From NCBI GenBank assembly GCA_963840175.1, contig CAWIXU010000004.1, positions 9,288 to 73,287 of the forward strand: 64,000 nucleotides of DNA, read 5' to 3'. Shown piece by piece: positions 57,019-64,000 of this stretch (its first letter is position 1; each line of letters starts with the position of its first letter). The position numbers were made by a program, and so were the translations under genes. This stretch comes from an uncultured Acidimicrobiia bacterium. Lineage in GTDB: Bacteria > Actinomycetota > Acidimicrobiia > Spongiisociales > ZC4RG35. A model generated the notes under the pieces. The model did no database searches and had not been told where the DNA came from. It was given only the letters and a program-made list of their open reading frames with translations.

Positions 57019-57420
57019 TTACGAAGCCGTTAGTCGGGACTGAGCGCGCCGGATCTCCTCCTCTTCGAGCGGGTGGACGTAGAGGTCATAAGCCATCCAC
57101 AACGACCGTGCCCAGGGGTAGAAGAACAGCGGCACCAGACCGGTGAACGAGACGACGACAATCGTGAGCCACGTCCATGGGACATCCGGCCAGGTCAAGG
57201 CGAGAAAGAGGCCGAAGGACAGAAACATCGCCAAGATGGCCAGGATCGTGTTGAAGATCACCGCGCCCACCCAGTAGCCCGGCTCGCGTTCGAAGCGATG
57301 CCCGCAGCGGGGGCAGAAATCAGCTAGCGCCCACCAGCGGAAGATTCCTCCCTGCCCGCAATGGGGGCACTGGCGGCGGAAGCCGCGGGCCAACTGAACA
57401 GTGAGCTTCGGCCGGGTCAT
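57019..57420 (-). CDS. DUF983-family small membrane protein with a zinc ribbon.
   Basis: CPHCGQGGIFRWW...CPRCGHRFEREPGYW followed by two transmembrane helices. Confidence 0.5.
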   Translation of the reverse strand: MTRPKLTVQLARGFRRQCPHCGQGGIFRWWALADFCPRCGHRFEREPGYWVGAVIFNTILAILAMFLSFGLFLALTWPDVPWTWLTIVVVSFTGLVPLFFYPWARSLWMAYDLYVHPLEEEEIRRAQSRLTAS

Positions 57421-57448
57421 GTCACTCAGGCTAAGTACCGTGCTGGAC

Positions 57449-58078
57449 ATGAGGCCGCCCCGAATCGAGTACGAGAGCGCCCCGCTCGATCTGATCGACC
57501 TTGACCCCGACCCTTTCGCCCAGTTCTCCCGCTGGCTCGACGACGCCTTCGCCGCCGAAGTGCCCGAACCGGAGGCCTTCGTCCTCTCGACAGTCAGTGC
57601 AGGCGGCAGTCCTTCCTCGCGCACTGTTCTCCTGAAGCAATTCGATCAGGACGGCATCGTGTTCTACTCGAACTACCGCAGTGCCAAAGCAGTCGACCTC
57701 AGCGGCGAGCCGCGAGTGGCCGCTTTGTTCCTGTGGCTGCCAATCCACCGCCAGGTCCGGGTCGAGGGCCGGGCGGAAAAGGTCGAGGCGGAACTCTCCG
57801 ATGCATACTTTGCCACTCGCCCTCCCGAGGCCCGGCTGGCCTCGGCCGCTTCCCCGCAAAGCCAGGTGGTCGTTAGTCGGGAGGAGCTCGATGGAATGCT
57901 CGAGCTCCTAACCCGCCAATATCCCGACGGCAATGTTCCCCGCCCCGCCCATTGGGGCGGCTACCGCATCAAGCCCACGCTGTTCGAGTTCTGGCAGGGG
58001 AGGCGGGCACGATTTCACGACCGTTTCCGCTTCCGACTCGACAAGGAGCGCTGGCTGATCGATCGGTTGGCGCCATGA
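57449..58078 (+). CDS. pdxH: Pyridoxamine 5'-phosphate oxidase.
   Basis: SRTVLLKQFDQDGIVFYSNYRSAKA and C-terminus FWQGRRARFHDRFRF. Confidence 0.8.
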   Translation: MRPPRIEYESAPLDLIDLDPDPFAQFSRWLDDAFAAEVPEPEAFVLSTVSAGGSPSSRTVLLKQFDQDGIVFYSNYRSAKAVDLSGEPRVAALFLWLPIHRQVRVEGRAEKVEAELSDAYFATRPPEARLASAASPQSQVVVSREELDGMLELLTRQYPDGNVPRPAHWGGYRIKPTLFEFWQGRRARFHDRFRFRLDKERWLIDRLAP

Positions 58079-58809
58079 AGCTGGATGTCGTCGGTTCCTC
58101 GGGCACCTATCCCACCCGTGGCCGCCCCGCCGCCGGCTATCTGATTTCTCAGGGCGAAACTCGGATCTGGTGCGACACCGGGCCTGGAACTTTCGTCACG
58201 TTGCCACTCGAGATCGACCTCGTGAGCGCGATCGTGATCTCACACGAACATCCCGATCACTGGCTCGACCTGGTCACCGCCTATCACGCGATTTGCTACG
58301 GACCGAACCCCCGCCAGGGGATCCCAGTCTTCGCTCCCCAGGCGACAATCGAGCACATGTTGAAGATCGGCGGGGAAGACGAATACGAAGGAACCTTCGA
58401 CTTCAAAGCGGTGGCAGGAGGCGACTCGATCGAGATCGGCGGGATCGACGTCACTTTCGCCTGGTCGGATCACTCGGTTCCCACCGTCGCTTCGCGCTGG
58501 GAAGCCAACGGTCGGGTCCTCGCCTACAGCGCTGACACCGGCCCCGGCGGTGACTGGGAGAAAGTGGCCGCGGAAGCTGACCTTTTTCTCTGCGAGGCGA
58601 GCTATCAGGGCGACATCGCCGACTATGCCTATCAGCACCATCTCACCGCGTCTCTCGCCGGATCGATTGCCCGCCGCCAGGGAGCCAAAAAGCTGATGCT
58701 CACTCACATCCCCCCACATCTCGATCCGACGCTTTCCATCAATGAAGCCGAGACTTCCTTCGATCGACCGGTGGAGCTTGCCGTCCCCGGGCTGAGCCGG
58801 AAGATCTAG
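58075..58809 (+). CDS. MBL-fold metallo-hydrolase.
   Basis: ISHEHPDHW (HxHxDH) motif. Confidence 0.7.
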   Translation: MKLDVVGSSGTYPTRGRPAAGYLISQGETRIWCDTGPGTFVTLPLEIDLVSAIVISHEHPDHWLDLVTAYHAICYGPNPRQGIPVFAPQATIEHMLKIGGEDEYEGTFDFKAVAGGDSIEIGGIDVTFAWSDHSVPTVASRWEANGRVLAYSADTGPGGDWEKVAAEADLFLCEASYQGDIADYAYQHHLTASLAGSIARRQGAKKLMLTHIPPHLDPTLSINEAETSFDRPVELAVPGLSRKI

Positions 58810-58814
58810 CGCGC

Positions 58815-59519
58815 ATGCCCCGGGCCCGGCCGTTCGACGAGATCCGTCCCCTGCGGATGCATCTGGGGTTCACCGACATGACCCCGGGGTCGGTGCTGAT
58901 CGAGATGGGCCGCACCCGGGTCCTTTGCACCGCGGTCATCGAGCTCGAGGTTCCGCGCTGGATGCGCGACAGCGGCAAAGGCTGGGTGACCGCCGAGTAC
59001 GGGATGCTGCCCGGATCGTCATCCGAAAGAATCGGGCGCGACCAGTACCAGAAAGGTCGCGCGCTCGAAATCTCCCGCCTCATCGGGCGAGCTTTGCGCT
59101 CGGTCGTCGACCCCACGGCGATGGGGGAGCTGATGGTGCGAGTCGATTGCGATGTCATCCAGGCTGACGGCGGCACCCGCACCGCGGCGATCACGGGTGC
59201 CTGGGTCGCTCTCCACCAGGCTTTCAGCGAGGCAATCGCCAAGGGTCGACTGGCCAGGAATCCGATCGTCGATCAAGTTGCCGCCATCTCGGTGGGGCTG
59301 GTCGAGGGGGAACTGTTGCTCGACCTCGAATACGAGGATGACGCCCGCGCCGAGGTCGATTTCAACGTGGTGATGTCGGGCCGGGGACTCCTCGTCGAAG
59401 TGCAGGGTTCCGCCGAAGGCGCCCCCTACACGCGGGAGGATCTCGACCGCATCCTCGATCTCTCCACTCTCGGCATCAACGTGTTGCTCGATGCCCAGAA
59501 ACAGGCGGTTGCCGAATAG
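58815..59519 (+). CDS. rph: Ribonuclease PH.
   Basis: RPLRMHLGFTDMTPGSVLIEMGRTRVLCTA, VDCDVIQADGGTRTAAITGA. Confidence 0.9.
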   Translation: MPRARPFDEIRPLRMHLGFTDMTPGSVLIEMGRTRVLCTAVIELEVPRWMRDSGKGWVTAEYGMLPGSSSERIGRDQYQKGRALEISRLIGRALRSVVDPTAMGELMVRVDCDVIQADGGTRTAAITGAWVALHQAFSEAIAKGRLARNPIVDQVAAISVGLVEGELLLDLEYEDDARAEVDFNVVMSGRGLLVEVQGSAEGAPYTREDLDRILDLSTLGINVLLDAQKQAVAE

Positions 59520-59529
59520 GGATCGACCA

Positions 59530-60112
59530 GTGATCGAGCGGCTCAAAATCGATCGAGCTGGTCGTCGCTTCGAAGAACCCCGACAAGATCGCCGAGATCG
59601 AAGCCGTGCTGGTTGCCACTGGCGCGGTGGGCGAGATCGTGCAGGGTCTCGACTGGCCCGACGTCGAGGAGACCGAGGACACTCTCGAAGGCAATGCGCG
59701 CCTGAAGGCACAAGCGGTCTACGACGCGACCGGCTTGCCGGCGTTGGCCGACGACACCGGTCTTTTCGTCGACGCCCTCGGCGGTCTGCCCGGAGTGAAC
59801 ACCGCTCGTTACGCCGGTCCCCACGCGAGCTATACCGACAACGTCGCCCTCCTGCTCCAGACTTTGGGCGACCGGGACGACCGTCAAGCAGTCTTTCGCA
59901 CGGTGATGGTGATAGTCGGAGCCGGCAGGAGCCTGGTCGCCACCGGCGAGCTCAACGGCCAGATTGCGTTCGGACCGAGAGGCGCCAACGGGTTTGGCTA
60001 CGACCCGATCTTCGAAGTCGAGGGCCGCACCCTCGCCGAGATGTCCGAAGATGAGAAGAACGAGATGTCGCACCGCGCCCGCGCTATTCGGGCACTGGTC
60101 GCGCTGCTCTAG
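59530..60112 (+). CDS. rdgB: Non-canonical purine NTP pyrophosphatase (RdgB/Ham1); frame disrupted at the 5' end.
   Basis: IELVVASKNPDKIAEI, DTGLFVDALGGLPGVNTARYAG, NGFGYDPIFEV. Confidence 0.8.
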
Positions 60113-61039
60113 CCCTTGGTCGCTCCGGCGGTGAGGGCGCCGATGATCTGTTTCTGGGCGATCAGGAACACCGCCACGATCGGGAGCGCACCCAGCAGCG
60201 CCGTCGCCGCCAGCAGACCCCACTTGGCGTTGTAGCCCTCACCGAGGAAGGCCTGCAGGCCGACCGGGAGCGTGAACTGCTCGGTTCCCTGCAAGAGGAA
60301 CGACGCCAGGATGAACTCGTTGAAGATTCCGACGAAGCTGATGATGAAGATCACCGCGAGCATCGGGCGAGCCAGGGGCAGGATGATGCGCGAGAAGATT
60401 CCGAACTCGGTCGCACCGTCGATCACCGCCGCCTCGTCGAGGGAGGCCGGGATCGAGTCCAGGTAACCCTTGATCAAGAAGGCGTTGAAGCCGGCCGCGC
60501 CACCGAGATAGACCAGGATCAGGTAAAGGTGGGTGTTGAGCCCGACGGCGGGGACGATGCCGCCGATCTGCTGCGCCAGACACAAAGAAGGCGATGAATC
60601 CCAGGAATTGCGGGAAGATCTGCAGCACCAGGAGCAACGTCAGCAATCCCCGCCGTCCTCGGAACCGAAGGCGAGAGAAGGCGTACGCGGCGAACGACGC
60701 GATGATCACGTTGAGCCCGGCCGCGACCAGCGCCACCTTGAAGCTGTTGAAGAGCCACGTCGGGACTGGGGCGACCGTGCTGCGGAAGAGCTGGACGAAG
60801 TTGTCGAGCGTGACCTGCTGGGGGATGAGCCGCGAGGCACCCAGGTTGTCGACGGCGTTGAACGAGGCCGAGATGATCCACACCACCGGAAACAGCGCGA
60901 ACAGGGCGGCAATGATGGCGACCAGGTGCCGCCAGCCGCGCAGCTGGAACCCGCGCTTGTAGTGCGCCCAGCGAGCCTCCCGGGTTGTCTCCGCTGGCCT
61001 GGAGGCGGTGCCGACGACAACGCTCGAATCACCCGCCAT
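60109..61039 (-). CDS. Carbohydrate ABC transporter permease (MalG-like); frame disrupted.
   Basis: EAAVIDGATEFGIFSRIILPLARP (EAA loop) and multiple transmembrane segments. Confidence 0.75.
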
Positions 61040-62790
61040 AGATCTCCTCCAGTCGCTTGGTGAGTCGGAAGCTCGTGGCCGACGAGACGGCGAGGATCAC
61101 GAAGATGATCACGATGACCGCCGAGGCGAGGGCGAATTGATTGCCGCGTCCCGCTCCTTGGGCCAGGTTGAAGGTGAAGGAGATCAGCAGGTCCGACGCC
61201 CCCACCGGGACGTCGTAGCCGCTCAGAGGCGGCCCACCTCCGGAGAGCAAGAAGATCAGGACGAAGTTGTTGAAGTTGAAGGCGAAGGCCCCGATCAGAA
61301 GCGGCGCAGTCGACACCAGCAGAAGCGGCAACGTGACCGATCGAAACACCTTGAACGGGTTGGCACCGTCCACCCGAGCTGCTTCCTGCAATTCGACCGG
61401 AACTGAGGTCAGAGCGCCGGATGAGATCAAGAACATATAGGGGAAACCGAGCCACAAGTTGACAATGAAGATGGCAACGAGGACCCACCATGGGTTCCCG
61501 AGCCAGTCGACTCCCGGTATCCCGAACGTTTCGAGGATGCCGTTGACCTTTCCAAACCGATCATTGAGCAAGCCGCGCCAGATCAGGATCGAGAGGAAAC
61601 CCTGGGATGGCATAGGGGATGATGTAGATCGACCGGTAAAACGCCCGGCCCTTCATCGCCTTCGTCTTGGAGGGCAATGGCCAGGACAAGACCCAAACGC
61701 GAAGTTGAGGATCACCGAGCCGAATGCGAAGACGATGTTCCACGTAAAGACTCGTAGAAAGGGGCCGCGGATTCGTTCGTTGGTGAGAATGTTGGCGTAG
61801 TTGTCAAAGCCAACCACCGAGCGCCAGCCGATGAAGCGGCTCTCGATCGCCGAGGTGGGAACCTGATTGCACACCCCACCAGAACAGGTGATGCTCGTCT
61901 CCGTTGCCGCGATCGCGGTTCGGGCAACGTCCTCTTCGGGCACTCCGTCGCAGAGGAAGTTGCCCGTGCCGGCCACACAGACGCGTTGGGTCTGGTTATC
62001 GGTGAGGGTGTCGGTGGCCGGGTCATAGCTAAAGCGCTGCCCGACGTTGCGGACATTGACGCTGGAAAGCGTCTCGAGAGCTGCCTGCCGGCCATCGGGC
62101 AAGTCGAGGATCAGGTCCTGCAAGGTCCCTGACATCCCGGCCAGACGCAAACGGGGAATCAACGTGTAATCGCCCAGCGTTTCGGGGGGAGCGGCAGGAT
62201 CGATCGCGGCGTCCCCGGTGTTGAGGTGCGAATCGGTTATCGGATCAGAATCGCTCGGCCGCGGAGTGCCAAAGAACGGCTCGGCTTCGCCGCCACCGAT
62301 CAGGAAGGCGAGCTGGCCGTCGTCAGTGGTGTAGACGGACAGCGGCAGAGTTTGATCGGTGCCGTCGCTTGCCATCGGGATCGCCTCGAGGGCGCTGATG
62401 GCCTGCGGCTTGGAGAGGAAGTTGCCAGTTCGCCAGTTGGTCAGCGAAACGTAGAAGGTATAGAAGACCGGGTAGACGACGAAGATCGCCATCAGGATCA
62501 GGCCGGGAGTCAACCAACGCGAAGCCGAGGCTCGCGGGCTCAGATAGGCCCAGTTGACGAGCACCGCGGCCCCAATCAGAAATCCGAACAAGGGTCCAGG
62601 ATTGATTGGCAACGAGCTGGGGGATCGCAAAGATGATCAGCGCGTCGAAGATCGCGACCGCGATGGTGCGAATCCACATTCCTTTCGCGGTTCGCTGCAA
62701 ACCGCGGTCCCACGCCACCTGTTCCTCCTCCCACCAGGCGTTCGAGTTGTGGAGCGAGCCCACCACCGAAGTGGTGGGCTCACTCGGATG
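61029..62790 (-). CDS. Carbohydrate ABC transporter permease with a large periplasmic loop (MalF-like); frame disrupted.
   Basis: EAARVDGANPFKVFRSVTLPLL, an N-terminal transmembrane segment, and a ~250 aa extracytoplasmic loop. Confidence 0.7.
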
Positions 62791-62805
62791 GATCAGCCTC
62801 CGGCG

Positions 62806-64000
62806 ATAGCCGAGCGGACTGCTTCGGCCGCCGTCGTCATCGCTTCGTCCGCGGCGATTTCGCCGTTGCGAATCAGCAGCATGTTGTCGCCAAGGGGACC
62901 CCACACCGAGGCCATCTCGGGCACGTTGGGCATCGGAATCCCGTTGCCTGCCGCCTCGGCGAAGGTCTGCGACTTGTGGATCGGAGCTCAAGCCGTCCTG
63001 CACCGCCTGCCAGGCCGTCCCGCGGGGATCGGCGTCGTACATTGCCTGCATGACTTCATCGGTGGCGATGAAATCGAGCAGGAAGGTCTGGGCCAGGAGC
63101 TTCTGCTCGGAGAAGGCCGAGATGAAGAAACCCTGTGCTCCCACGAACGGCTGGGTCGGCTGGTCACCGATCTGGGGAATCACCGCCACATCCCAGTTGA
63201 CCGTGGTCTGCTCGCGCAGGGCGCCGAGTTCCCAGGGCCCGGTGATCCAGAACGCCGAGGACCCCTCGAGGAAGAGGTTCTTGGCGGTGTCATAGTCGGT
63301 CGACGCAACAACTCCCGCCGACACCTGGTCGGCCAGATATTGCGCTCCCTGGATCGCCTCGGGAGTGTCGAGACGGACTTCGCTCGGGTCGTAGCTCCCG
63401 GTCTCAGGGTCGTAGGCGAAGATCGAGCCGCCATAGGCGGAGACGAACGGGTAGTTGTGGTAGGCGTCGGTGGCTGCGCCGCCGCCGGGGATGCCGAGGC
63501 AGGTATCGACCGCGGCGGCTTCGCAGGCTGCCGCCACCTCGTCGAAGGTCGCCGGGGCCGTGGGGACCAGGTCGGTGTTGTAGTAGAGGGCGATGGTTTC
63601 GGTGACATAGGGCACCGCATAGGTCTGACCCTCGAAACCGAAGGCATTGACCGCAACGGGTACGAAGCTGTCGGCCTTGGCGCCGAGATCGATCGGATCG
63701 ATGACGCCGTTGGCGACGAGCTCGCCGGTCCAGTCGTGGGCACCGACGAAGATGTCCGGACCCTCACCGGCGGGGCCGGCGGTCGAGACCTGGTCACGGA
63801 TCTCGCCGAACGGCACCAACTCGACGATTACCTCGACTCCGGTCGCCTCGGTGAAGGCGGGAGCGATGGCCTGGAGCGGCTCGACCCGCCGTTCGTCCGC
63901 CCAGATCACCAGCGCTTCACCGGCCGCGGCCGCGGTGGTTTCGGCGGCCGCAGAGGTAGTCGTTTCCTCGACCCCGGCGGTAGTGGTCGTTGCCAGATCG
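62806..64000 (-). CDS. ABC transporter sugar-binding lipoprotein (MalE-like); frame disrupted; the N-terminus lies beyond the window end.
   Basis: ORF 62323..63909 reads like a family-1 solute-binding protein (FGEIRDQVSTAGPAGEGPDIFVGAHDWTGELVANG..., TGPWELGAL). A Thr-rich lipoprotein linker continues to 64000. Confidence 0.7.

Overview
This 64 kb window is high-GC (about 65-70%) Actinomycetota-type chromosomal DNA. Gene order resembles a conserved mycobacterial/corynebacterial core region: accD-accA with divergent birA, fbiA/fbiB (cofD/cofE), DUF3499 next to pmmA, sahH, comF-hpf-secA, prfB, ftsE-ftsX-M23 peptidase-smpB-ssrA, rph-rdgB. An S-layer-homology (SLH) surface-protein and cell-wall glycan locus occupies the first ~11 kb, so this is not Mycobacterium itself. 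Class-level assignment cannot be made from the sequence alone. Most long genes are broken by single frame disruptions, roughly one per 1-2 kb, and these also hit essential genes (secA, ftsE, ftsX, accA, the PBP). I therefore read them as uncorrected indel errors, not real pseudogenes, and I report the reconstructed genes as CDS with approximate ends. I recognise one RNA gene, a tmRNA on the minus strand at 53674-54025. The most unusual items are: (1) two ~560 bp copies of an element bounded by ~50 bp G-rich palindromic terminal inverted repeats and carrying a DUF559 (Vsr-like endonuclease) ORF; (2) a second, unrelated repeat family of tandem GTCAGACAT-like units, seen once as an adjacent hairpin between the response regulator and secA and once as two inverted arms bracketing an arylamine N-acetyltransferase gene; (3) the classical programmed +1 frameshift site in prfB; (4) an SLH/wecB/GT2/Wzy/flippase locus that includes a SpoIID-SLH fusion protein; and (5) a run of uncharacterised genes (GT2 fused to a membrane domain, a large exported protein, a membrane thioredoxin-like protein, three small zinc-binding proteins) between the F420 genes and pmmA. 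The ORF-track entry 18886..20343, labelled '+', is actually on the minus strand.
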